Shown here: piece after piece, positions 20,501 through 28,486 of the stretch
Numbering within the stretch: the first letter of the stretch is position 1
Layout of the letters: every line of letters starts with the position of its first letter
From: a virus
Strand: one strand, 5' to 3'
Length of the DNA: 64,000 nt
IMG/VR virus record: IMGVR_UViG_3300007513_001761
Span: 1 to 64,000 of that record
The notes under the pieces: generated by a model
What the model saw: the letters and a program-made list of their open reading frames with translations, nothing else
Told to the model about the DNA's origin: nothing
Databases searched by the model: none
Made by a program: the position numbers and the translations under genes

Positions 20501-23500
20501 AGCGTACTAGCGCTTTGATAATTTTCGTTCTCAACATTCCAGCGAATGTTTTCACGCTGATAGTTAACGCATTTATTACTAGAACTAATAACAAAATTTT
20601 GTACTGGGTTGGCGCGCTCGTTCCACCATGCACAATTAGTGTTCTGTAAATCGGAGACAGGGTGGTGATTAAGGCGCCAACCATACGTTTTTGCCTCAAT
20701 TCCCAACATTGGATAGCCGCTAGGTCCAACACTGAACGGATCTGGCTCTAAGCGCTCGAATTCCAAGGTAGGAAATTTCGTTTGATATTTGTTTCTTTCT
20801 AAAACATGACTTTCTATGGTATTGATTGTATCCGGCACAAATTGTGACGATACTGGGACGAGTTGAGCAAGTACTTGTGAGACTGCATCGTCGAACCATT
20901 TGTAATAATTCACATATTTTTCGACATCCGCCACGCGGGTGACGCGTCGGAAAAACGCTTCTCTTAATTTTTCTATTCCTTTATATCGAGAACGATAGCG
21001 ATTAACAGGATCTCCAATTAAATTATTAAAATCTACGGCGCCAGCAAAGAAATCGAGCATCTCTTCAGAAATTGCGTTGTACATGCTTTTTTCTATTGTA
21101 TAGTAAAAACTTGGTACATTCTCTGTAATGCCTAAAATCTTGTCGTCTTCGCTAAGAATTTTAATCATGTCGGATGCAATTGGAGACTCTGGATCAATAA
21201 ATTGATATGCATTAACGTTTTCTCTGGTGATCACATCAGTTGAAGATGTTCCGAATCCATAACCCCAACCAGTGTGTTGGTATCCAGCGAGTTGCCCAAA
21301 CCACCCATAATTGTTTCTTATTAGGGCTGAGCCCGAACTCAAATCTTGAACATAAAAATTACCGTCACCATTTGAACTTGTAACATTATTAAAATTCCAA
21401 TCTAAAATTAACGTGTCTTTATTCAAAAGATCGTAGCGTTCATTAACTGCGCCATATGGCGAAATGTTTTGATATGAGCCAGATGTGCCAACATTGTCTA
21501 CATCAGCAGCATGCTGATCTAAATCTGCATTATTGATATATTTGTCCCAGTACCTCATTCCAGCTACGCGAACATCAGTAATGTTTAACATCGCCCCCGT
21601 AACGTTGGTCCTTCTGGCGCCCACATAAATACGTTTATTGCTCTGAAGCATGCTTTGTCCAAGAGCTTTAGACACCGAGGCCGTCAAAAGAAAACTATCT
21701 TGGACATTTCCTAGTAGCGTGTTTACGCCTCGAAATTCTAAATCATAAGTATAATTATCCGAACCAGAAACCGTATCCGTGAGCGGGTAATTACTCGGCT
21801 TTAATCGAACCGAAAGGTTCCAGCGATCATTGTCATATACATTATAAAAAATACTACTGGTTAATTCTGGGAAAGTGTTGGGGGCATTGGATGAGGTAAG
21901 CTTGAACCGTACATTTTTTGATCCAAATTCATCACGGACAGCATATACATCGAAGTTAGCGTAATCCAAATCTCCAAAAGCGTTGGGCCATGTAGTGCCG
22001 ACATCCGCATCCATTGACGCTGAACACATACCAAACAAGGAGGCGGTGAGAAAATTCCGGTTTATACCATCCAAACTCTTATTAAAAGAAGGAAAAGTGA
22101 TGTCAGTTTCTACTGTAAACCCTAGTTTGTTCTCGTACCCTGTGGCATCGCCAGAAGCCGCCGACGCCGATATGTAATTAGCAGTATCGCCTTCCGAGCC
22201 ACTTTGGGCAAGATAAACGAGGGCGCCTGTATTATATGCATTATTAAAATTTAAATACGTTTTGTTGATTAAGGTTTGACGTAAATTGTTGGCCAATTCA
22301 TAAGTTTGATTATTAGAATAAACATTTAAACGAATAAGTTTATCGTCAACGTTAAAACAGCGCAAAACATTTTTAATGGCACGTTCGGTTCCTTTAGATT
22401 TATAAATGCTCGTAAGATTGTTGTAGAGATTAAGATAAATTAAGTTTTTAGTTTCAGTAAGATCTCCCTCAAATAGAGAATTGTTTTCACGATTAGTGAA
22501 CTTTTCCATGACATCTGCATCCACATACAATTCGGGAGAATATAGACCCAAAGACTGTGGTAGGTGTTGGGCAAAGGGATAAGGAACTGCTGACGCACTT
22601 GTGTATGTGGGACTCTTAAACCTGGAGATGGCAGAAATTTGTAAGTAAAGTTTATCAAAATAAGTGCCAACAATATGAGATAATAATTTAGTTTGGGTTG
22701 TGGCAGATTCGTCTTCTTCTGCATGCACCCACGACGGAATTAAAGTAGAAAAGGCTGTATTATTATTAAGATCATAATCATTTCCTTGTTCTAATAAATC
22801 TGTGGTTAAACCCATCACTTCTGGGTGACGTGAGTATATGATCGGGTCTAAGTATTCGCTCGCTGATGCACTGGCTTCTACAATGGCAGAGCCCGTATTT
22901 CTAGAAGTCGCGGTATAGCCATGCCACGAGGCATTTGTCAGGCGCCCTGAATAATCTAATACTACGCTATCGACACTAGCAGTTTGCGTAATTCCTTCGT
23001 TAAATTTATAATAAACACCCAAAGTCGCATTGCTGATGTCGGTATTTGTGCCTCCATACACCGGAACAAACCAATTTCTGCCAATTTCTTCTGATGTTCT
23101 TTTTGTTTTCCAAAATCTAAATTCATCTAAAGAGCCGCTAAGTTTTCCAGATCCTGTCGCAGCATTGCTATAAGCCGGCGCCGTTGTCAATGCTCCCAGG
23201 CGCGCCACTAAGTTTTTAGAATTTAGTTCGCTAATGGAAGCATTTGCAAACTTTTTCATCTGGTTTAATTTTCCATTCACATAGAAATTGCACCTAAAGT
23301 CGCTACCAGAGTTATACATCGTAAACGCATAGTGATGCCATTCACCCATCGACTCGCCAATCGAACTGCTAAGAAGTCCCGTACCAATTTGTTGAAGATG
23401 AATTCCCTTACCAGATGTGTTTGTGGTTGACGCTTCTGGTTTGGGGGCGGCCGAACCAGGGACAGCGCCAGACATAACTGTCAAATAAAATGGCGAATCA

Positions 23501-24276
23501 GTCCAGGATCCTCCGCCGGCCACAGAACTTGTCATCATAATCGTAATGCGTCCATAATCCGCACTCGCAGATGAAGCATTATTCCACGCATCAAAAACGA
23601 TTTGCTTTCGAGTCGTAGTGGCGCCAGGATCGAGAGAACCTGTTTTAAGCCAGAATTCTACCGTTACACCGGTATCAAAATTGGATCGAAGGTTAGACTG
23701 GCGGGTACCAGTTCCATAATCAGTAGGGAGCCCCTCAGACGTATAAATATCTGTATCAAAAACGTTTCCTTGTTGGAACTTGCCGCTTTTGGAAGTAGGA
23801 AAGGCGTCCTTAAGAGAAGTTACAGCCGACGATGTAGTTGGCCCTCCGAAAAACGTGATGTATTCCAAGTCATCACTTGTATATCCATAGCCGTTAGTTG
23901 TGCTGGTTGCGGTGCCGTATCCTTCTGCGGATATAATCACATATCCATTCGTTCGCGGATAGCGCTTATTGAAAATATATTTTTCAATTCCTAATGATTT
24001 GTTATAAAAGGCTGTTATCTCAGCGTCTGATCCATCATAAGGATAATAGTTATATATCCTTTCTATTCCAGATTTATAATATAAATAAGCCGATCCGTAT
24101 CGCGCAAAAGATGCCGGATTGCTATAGTCAATTTGAGGAACAAAAGTGCTTTGTTTCTTTGCTTTTGCTTGCACATTAGCAGAAGACTCAACAGAAGAAA
24201 ACGCTTCTTTCTCTGTTGTTTCGGAAAGATAGTTGGTATTTTTATCAGTTGATTGAAAAAGTTTCTTAATACTCAT
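14578..24276 (-). CDS. giant baseplate wedge-like protein with LamG/ConA-like domains (3232 aa)
   Basis: LamG signatures (TVEFWLK, EWHHYAFT, GSLDEFRFW, GVYYKFNE); IYKSKGTERAIKNVL resembles the KGT motif of P2 gpI / T4 gp7-type wedge proteins. Confidence 0.65.
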   Translation of the reverse strand: MSIKKLFQSTDKNTNYLSETTEKEAFSSVESSANVQAKAKKQSTFVPQIDYSNPASFARYGSAYLYYKSGIERIYNYYPYDGSDAEITAFYNKSLGIEKYIFNKRYPRTNGYVIISAEGYGTATSTTNGYGYTSDDLEYITFFGGPTTSSAVTSLKDAFPTSKSGKFQQGNVFDTDIYTSEGLPTDYGTGTRQSNLRSNFDTGVTVEFWLKTGSLDPGATTTRKQIVFDAWNNASSASADYGRITIMMTSSVAGGGSWTDSPFYLTVMSGAVPGSAAPKPEASTTNTSGKGIHLQQIGTGLLSSSIGESMGEWHHYAFTMYNSGSDFRCNFYVNGKLNQMKKFANASISELNSKNLVARLGALTTAPAYSNAATGSGKLSGSLDEFRFWKTKRTSEEIGRNWFVPVYGGTNTDISNATLGVYYKFNEGITQTASVDSVVLDYSGRLTNASWHGYTATSRNTGSAIVEASASASEYLDPIIYSRHPEVMGLTTDLLEQGNDYDLNNNTAFSTLIPSWVHAEEDESATTQTKLLSHIVGTYFDKLYLQISAISRFKSPTYTSASAVPYPFAQHLPQSLGLYSPELYVDADVMEKFTNRENNSLFEGDLTETKNLIYLNLYNNLTSIYKSKGTERAIKNVLRCFNVDDKLIRLNVYSNNQTYELANNLRQTLINKTYLNFNNAYNTGALVYLAQSGSEGDTANYISASAASGDATGYENKLGFTVETDITFPSFNKSLDGINRNFLTASLFGMCSASMDADVGTTWPNAFGDLDYANFDVYAVRDEFGSKNVRFKLTSSNAPNTFPELTSSIFYNVYDNDRWNLSVRLKPSNYPLTDTVSGSDNYTYDLEFRGVNTLLGNVQDSFLLTASVSKALGQSMLQSNKRIYVGARRTNVTGAMLNITDVRVAGMRYWDKYINNADLDQHAADVDNVGTSGSYQNISPYGAVNERYDLLNKDTLILDWNFNNVTSSNGDGNFYVQDLSSGSALIRNNYGWFGQLAGYQHTGWGYGFGTSSTDVITRENVNAYQFIDPESPIASDMIKILSEDDKILGITENVPSFYYTIEKSMYNAISEEMLDFFAGAVDFNNLIGDPVNRYRSRYKGIEKLREAFFRRVTRVADVEKYVNYYKWFDDAVSQVLAQLVPVSSQFVPDTINTIESHVLERNKYQTKFPTLEFERLEPDPFSVGPSGYPMLGIEAKTYGWRLNHHPVSDLQNTNCAWWNERANPVQNFVISSSNKCVNYQRENIRWNVENENYQSASTLSDASKQIYYRPSHILRKREKTYKLAEFKRDLPIKGGVNFDDNKNIAFTYNAVAPAGPVNRDNNVFVPLNVLLGFTEDMVDLKDCVDVVDPNKKTKRYLKVQHGRDWQEGKGYSNVKSSLAFPFNIISASVSGGYNDRVNSRVTGGIILTNLHNDVYGPEMEVPMQGPFTNYAVGGHQSRHVPINTASTDTWKTRPEAWKILLGQCHGVDAISGAIGMVGPDYPWPEANDVGERPYPMTASQKAVYYRDYVAKRPVNISNMLMRTGSTILGNYSHNYEVLFSVGSYSNPRRFIDNQPTLPSQVTETPSSSQGRTFFGIHRDYAKHIELIPSYSVGYLTGGNNKSIVRSRFSAPGGIETLGIGYRDIRSGEYSVYNALNYRNLTVRKPLQAPSGTISPTASMNGTPGIVAYDIHGKDFGLNALLSRHCGRFGRDSLLVSNPGASYNQSASFIKINSNRRPYLIDNLHGTVTTSSQYDNYWVQHAIPRNDRQYSWVSSALAIDTTDIRYYGYAPTYGFGEAMYSSSVDGWEAYFKFASGSDVASPQNRGVASLKPTLAGIYQPTFMLNIYTEDPVGDYAETGLSNSLGYGLTDDVRRYVNNTLTTRLGVRTQILRDVDYFNLLMTRRGGTFGWNWKSARRATNNPILQQHYRQNKITLYDDHQIQNWAQPIVSNRAKPVYVNMNVGGGNAGATTGTPTNSENITLKASYTNKDLFFNQPGLNNIVYGSRIVNQAGSAFEQLMALAGSSNSSYELNWVVYGERLFPSLMNSWTSSAITRPNFDNKMWRDSETERVNVGSTIVLTNSFGITVSQSCWPLDAPQGFLTRSGPPQIVAASIGLTVIPQLVFSQSAGEMQNCYSQIAAGAQAKLAGTLNSVKNNAAGALYARKHCLPSPQSVVSPSGIPVKETGSMRNSYADKIDKFGGEAVWEAPTQAGRLIKDARTSKFVVSASAPWFNDYEVENGKEGFKDELRLLCKDYAIVPEFRISEHVEDFMIYGTTNACIDDIFQIGGTSVTSATASFYKDYSNSDFMRSFAEVKELSGLKAKQIRLVCSASIRFNPYKGFYPAQRTLDLVTQFSRSYGKGIAAQTTTVAGNTDILRDADGSIRSLMQTMFSPGILYNSIKSGLAVDFPTVTDSTRIRTASFGEGSWAGTPSRWSTASSGDALPNWMLTNNDGAVMTPETGYLGGSYFERIPFEAIIEPEKYINGYSFYDLESDPSSSLNDPFGAGLTASFNAVGVDSIYTMMASNFFGEVGNLFLKNGTFSKMESEIVVGDQTFPAGFVAMSRIKIGRSMKGARTYQHESGASGNNTFYSTWGGKQIRNGRVQNKTSYPLPQDPRQNTNYRETFTMYSRPTAFGPPVAGRPTGSLGITSSVVTASNPVDSMAGFNWAYTPPYYNGEAWIDLIFRPTASVSYDLERILAETQTVCWRADPGPVHPASAGDLKGTQLIPTFSGSIVGCGDLIYEGKNVNDNAMQLSASINYLGVERIYKETTNATTGYKETTNETMGMRWIIQPKWETPMLNFNNMGVRPISPAENTVTLPSFASTSVPRGMWHQFGSIPEKPDIGVFLQIEDIPKDWLRYHYDVVQTASAYNDNSLAGAAQLHRKVKSFNDVIGFSAENRKVRLGEIAQQRTLREAVVAVPYVLETASSTGQNITGTQASKRKVLFSIPRQRIEACFQESVGTADGDSYESAGESIRKLVQKMQRYVLPPQFDFLSNADISPCVMYLFEFEYTLDRDDLSYIWQNLAPRDYKKIKFNVQSTAHDLIDNELLAADDIMNNKNLRWMVFKVKQKSFARYEDQIPEQAAKSTKSLSPNKSTGTAAVDSRTGRPTGGNNSKNDRKPEAQAPTIEEQEAGYNIQFNWPYDYLSIVELIKFDADVLYGKDPTMDDYIDQVLNDEDASAVDKMNAQKEKENRTGGLVRVPGTNLYVHDPGGRMGGRPCDEDKTPKESKESSRKGSSRRGKRSRNGKKPKK

Positions 24277-26275
24277 ATTCTTCTACTCGGAACTTAAACG
24301 TTTCCCGTTGTTCGGTCCACGCTTGCAACGATGGATCATAAAAGGAAAACCGAAGTCCATACGCATACCCTGGCTCTAACAGATTCATATCCACGTCAAA
24401 GTAATTTCCGGAAATATCATAGGAGAGTCCAGTAGCAATATCCGACCCGGTGCCGTAAGGAATAGCCTCATAGCCATCTACCAATCTAAAAACACGATAG
24501 GAAGCGCTTTGAATTGTTGAGCTTTCTACGGTGGTATTGGCTGTTGTGTAAATCGTAGGTTTCCAATATTTATTTCTAATAAACAAATTAAAGCGCGCAT
24601 TTTCATCGTTTCGATATCGATCTTTTAGATTTGTAATATTCAGATAATACACGGGCTTTTGAATCACTTGGGATGCACTGAAATGTGTAGGGTTAAACGA
24701 AGAAGTGAAAAACTCCACACCGGCCCAAGGGTTGTTTTTTCCACTTCCATCGTGCCATACATCGAAAATTGTCGTAAGCGGAGAAGAAGCTCCAGTAATC
24801 GCAAACGAGGCACTGTAAATTCCAGTGGATACGTGCGCACCCGTCACAACATAGGGGTTGGTGCTATTTGGCACCCAGAGGCGCGGAAGTGTTGTTGGCA
24901 GCGAAATTGCTGCGCGCGTTGCAGCGCTTGAAGACGCGGCTTGTCCGCTTGGTTTGGTGTTATCGTCAGAGCCTGAATAAAAACTCACATAAATGGGGCC
25001 GGTTCCAATCGAAGGAATGTCTCTTAGGGCGCCTCTCACATAGTTGTAAAGGTAGAGGCTATTAATATTATCATTAACGGGGGCCAAAGAACTGCTGTAG
25101 TATGTATCTCCTCTATCATCTTTTACGGTGGAGTCCCACCGCGCTTCAATGGAGGGGCGCATAAAATAATATTGAGTTCCTCGTGCAAAAAACCTCTTCG
25201 TATAGTAAGAAATGGTAGAACCGGTAGGATCCTCTAGCCATCCATTATAAGTCCCATCAGCGCTGTTCGCGTAATATCCCTCATAAGTTCCTGTCAAGTG
25301 TACACCAACGCCATAATTTGCAATGGTTCCTGCAGACCATAACTCTACAAGACCGGTAATATCTATCTCTAGGTCTTCTAATCCAGTAGCAAAAGATTGA
25401 GTATACCATCTCCAAGGATATGCAGCATTCGCTTCAGTAATGTAGTCTCCTCCCACTTTTTCCCATGGAGTTCCGGCACTACCTGCCTGTTGTATTCCCA
25501 ACGAAATGCCGTCCAGTGTTCCCTCTACCGAAGTGCTTGTAACGCCGCCGGCTGTACTAGAGGTAACATATATAACGGCCGAGTCAGTGGGATCTATATT
25601 GGCTGAAAAGGCGCTTAAGCCGTCTACAACGCTATTAAATGCGGCCGCAATGCTGGCTTTGGCTGCAGTGGTTGAGCTTATATCAACCTCTGTCTCAGTG
25701 CCAGTCGCAGATGGTGCCGAATCTCCTGAGCCGTCATTGAACCATAAGTTATACCTATTGGTGCCATCATAAGTAATAATATAGTTTTCTCCAGATCCGG
25801 CGCCGTAATCAGCCAAAGTGTCCGAAGAGAAGGTAACTTTAGTTATTTCGGCTACATTCGTGCTGTTTCTTACCATCCAATTGGAGCCGGCGTTTCCGTG
25901 AGTCAAATCTTTATACGTTTCAAGATCTAAGCCTGTTCCTTCTTGCCAGTCGGCTGATATCGGCTCTACCACCAAGCTATAATCTTCTGGAACTGTTTTA
26001 GAATGAGGAGCGTTATAAAGCTTTAAATAGAAATTAACGCTGCCGCTATCAGGTATCACTCCGTTGGTTCTGTCTGTAGTGATGGAATCGATTGGAAATT
26101 TAATCAAAATTCGGGATAATTCTACAGAGCTTGATGCTTGGCGTCCATATATTGAAAATGTTTCAATAATGTCCGCATAACCCGCATTGGCTCCTGTTGC
26201 TCTCGTGGTGAGATTCGATTTAAAGGCATTAACAATTGTGTTGTCTGCATTAGCTATATATTTTTTAATTGCCAT
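24266..26275 (-). CDS. virion structural protein, DNRLRE-like N-terminal domain
   Basis: ADNTI..ANAG..SRILIKF..FYLKLY..WQEGTG pattern; lies between gp6-like and giant wedge genes. Confidence 0.55.
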   Translation of the reverse strand: MAIKKYIANADNTIVNAFKSNLTTRATGANAGYADIIETFSIYGRQASSSVELSRILIKFPIDSITTDRTNGVIPDSGSVNFYLKLYNAPHSKTVPEDYSLVVEPISADWQEGTGLDLETYKDLTHGNAGSNWMVRNSTNVAEITKVTFSSDTLADYGAGSGENYIITYDGTNRYNLWFNDGSGDSAPSATGTETEVDISSTTAAKASIAAAFNSVVDGLSAFSANIDPTDSAVIYVTSSTAGGVTSTSVEGTLDGISLGIQQAGSAGTPWEKVGGDYITEANAAYPWRWYTQSFATGLEDLEIDITGLVELWSAGTIANYGVGVHLTGTYEGYYANSADGTYNGWLEDPTGSTISYYTKRFFARGTQYYFMRPSIEARWDSTVKDDRGDTYYSSSLAPVNDNINSLYLYNYVRGALRDIPSIGTGPIYVSFYSGSDDNTKPSGQAASSSAATRAAISLPTTLPRLWVPNSTNPYVVTGAHVSTGIYSASFAITGASSPLTTIFDVWHDGSGKNNPWAGVEFFTSSFNPTHFSASQVIQKPVYYLNITNLKDRYRNDENARFNLFIRNKYWKPTIYTTANTTVESSTIQSASYRVFRLVDGYEAIPYGTGSDIATGLSYDISGNYFDVDMNLLEPGYAYGLRFSFYDPSLQAWTEQRETFKFRVEEYEY

Positions 26276-28071
26276 TATCTAACTTTTCCTTTAATATCGG
26301 TTTGGGGGAATTTTATTTCTATAATGGCATTTTGAGGAACAACCAAATAACTTCCATCGGGAGATAGATTGTCATTAATATTAAGCGTAGCATTAGAATA
26401 ATTGGTCCCCGTTTTATTATTTAATGTAACAGACGACACATCCAGAACTCCTGTCACTTTCTTGAGTTCGCTATAAATGTCACTAATATAGATGTGCTCT
26501 CCAATATAAAAGCTTGTTTTATATTTCTCTCTTAGTGCATTCACGCAGTCATCCAGAAGAGTAAACTTGTTAGTGTTGGTTGCAGGACTCACCACAAAAT
26601 CAATACCCAAATTAAGAATGTAAGGGTCCAAAATATCAATAGTATCGTTAATCATTCTATAGTGATTAAGCCAAGTTTTTAAATTATTTTTAATAGTGGT
26701 GTTGGTTGTCGTTAATTTACCAGTCTCATTTTCAGATACCACATACATGTTAAGATTTCTCCTTAGAGAATTAGGATCTTTTTGAACCGAAACCCGTTTA
26801 ATTGAACCGTATTGTGCTGGCATTCGGTAGGCCACATTTTCATAATCCGCCTGGGTAACTGCTCTATTTTGGGTGGGGAAGGTATCAAAAATTCGAAGCT
26901 TAAGCTCTGTCGAACTTGGCTCGGAGACATCTCCCACAATCGGCTCCTCGTTGTTAACCTCGATGGAAGACTGAACTTCGGTTATGGTGGCCGATGAAAG
27001 AACTTCTCTATCCGCAAATTCCAACAATGCACTCACTACTGTGTTTAAACCGTTGGTGGCAATATTGGAATTACCAGCATTCGTCATGCGATATGTAATT
27101 GTCAATGTAGTGTTTGATGGCACAATGCCAAAATTTTCATTTTTAGAAAGTCGTGTCGGATCAAAAGTTGTATCCGTTACATAATCTTTTCCAAAAAGTT
27201 CTAAAGCCACCGCTTGTGGGTTTGCAGCCACATTGGATTCTCCCGATTTTCCAGTTCCAAATTGAAGATAGGTGTTGTTGCGATCTCGGTCAACTACAAA
27301 TTTTCTTGATACCAGATAGGGTTTAAGAATAGAAGGAACATTATCATTTAAAAAGTTACTATTGGCTAGCTCTTTAAACACCATATCTTGAGACAAATAC
27401 CCTACCTCAAAATACTCATTTCCTTCTGTGTCTACAACACTAATAATTTCACTGATGGTTGCAGACGACATCTTAAGGCGCCGAAAGCGCTGATAGGCCC
27501 CTACTTTTAGTTTCTCTTGCCCAAAGCGACCAGATACTACATTTCCATAAGCTTTAATAGCAAAATGTGTAGGAGCGCCAGTAGAAGTATTTACTCTAGC
27601 TACAATAACTGGATTTTTTGGATCTGCAAAATCTACGTTTTCTGTCAATGCAAAACTCAAACCGGTTTCGGAAGTAAATCGGCTTCCTCGTTTTAAAACA
27701 GGTATATATCGCGTATCGGGACCAATACCGGTGGTGGATGCGGGTATTAATACGAAAAGCGACACTTTTCCATAAGTGGAGGCGCGTCCTGTATACTTAT
27801 ATCCTAAGATCCTCCCGTGGCGTAACACATTATTATATTGATAAGCGGTGTCTAGAAAAGTTTCATTAACGTTATAATCTAAGTAAAAAGACATTTGATC
27901 GCCCACATAGGCCACTGCATCCAACATTAACGCCCCGAAGGAAGCTTCACTAAAGTCCTGAAAAGTGTCAGGGTAAAATCTCTCTGCTACCTGGCGCAAT
28001 TCTTTGCGTATTCCTTCGTAATCAGTAGCCGTATAATCGATAGGAACTATCTTTTTTTGTTCATCAGACAT
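26275..28071 (-). CDS. baseplate wedge subunit (T4 gp6 / baseplate J-like)
   Basis: IDYTATDY..FQDFSEASFGALMLDAVAYVGD..SFYLD, LQFGTG, QNRAVTQADY. Confidence 0.9.
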   Translation of the reverse strand: MSDEQKKIVPIDYTATDYEGIRKELRQVAERFYPDTFQDFSEASFGALMLDAVAYVGDQMSFYLDYNVNETFLDTAYQYNNVLRHGRILGYKYTGRASTYGKVSLFVLIPASTTGIGPDTRYIPVLKRGSRFTSETGLSFALTENVDFADPKNPVIVARVNTSTGAPTHFAIKAYGNVVSGRFGQEKLKVGAYQRFRRLKMSSATISEIISVVDTEGNEYFEVGYLSQDMVFKELANSNFLNDNVPSILKPYLVSRKFVVDRDRNNTYLQFGTGKSGESNVAANPQAVALELFGKDYVTDTTFDPTRLSKNENFGIVPSNTTLTITYRMTNAGNSNIATNGLNTVVSALLEFADREVLSSATITEVQSSIEVNNEEPIVGDVSEPSSTELKLRIFDTFPTQNRAVTQADYENVAYRMPAQYGSIKRVSVQKDPNSLRRNLNMYVVSENETGKLTTTNTTIKNNLKTWLNHYRMINDTIDILDPYILNLGIDFVVSPATNTNKFTLLDDCVNALREKYKTSFYIGEHIYISDIYSELKKVTGVLDVSSVTLNNKTGTNYSNATLNINDNLSPDGSYLVVPQNAIIEIKFPQTDIKGKVR

Positions 28072-28088
28072 TAAAAAACTCCCTCTTT

Positions 28089-28457
28089 TTAAGTAGTAAT
28101 AACAATAGAATCACTCGCCCCCAAGGATGGAATAGAATAATATATAACCACCCCCAAGATGTTACCATCCCTATCACCACTATCAAATAAAATCTGGTCA
28201 ATCTTTACAACAGGTAAATATCTCCCCACCTGTCCTATAATATTAGTTCTTATGGCTGAGTTGGTTTGTTCCCCAAAACGCCTAAACAAATATTGCATCA
28301 TACCCACACCAAATTCTGGTACCATCACTCGTTCGCCGGGATTAGTTAGAAGAAGCATTCTTAAATTTTGTCTTATTTCACCCAAAATATCGCTTTCCAT
28401 GGTAAAGCCGGTACCCGAATCGTATTCCATGGGTATGCTAGGTCCCCAAAAAGACAT
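28089..28457 (-). CDS. baseplate wedge/sheath initiator (gp25/GPW family)
   Basis: IRQNLRMLLLTNPGERVMVPEFGVG...YLP signature. Confidence 0.9.
   Translation of the reverse strand: MSFWGPSIPMEYDSGTGFTMESDILGEIRQNLRMLLLTNPGERVMVPEFGVGMMQYLFRRFGEQTNSAIRTNIIGQVGRYLPVVKIDQILFDSGDRDGNILGVVIYYSIPSLGASDSIVITT
28090..28097 (-). promoter_or_regulatory. candidate late promoter variant ACTACTTA
   Basis: TANTTA core 19 nt before ATG at 28071, overlapping gp25 stop. Confidence 0.4.
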
Positions 28458-28475
28458 ATTGTTTTACCTCGTTAC

Positions 28476-28483
28476 TATAAATA
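28476..28483 (-). promoter_or_regulatory. candidate late promoter motif TATTTATA
   Basis: TANTTA core 21 nt before ATG at 28457, followed by GAGG RBS. Confidence 0.55.
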
Positions 28484-28486
28484 TCA

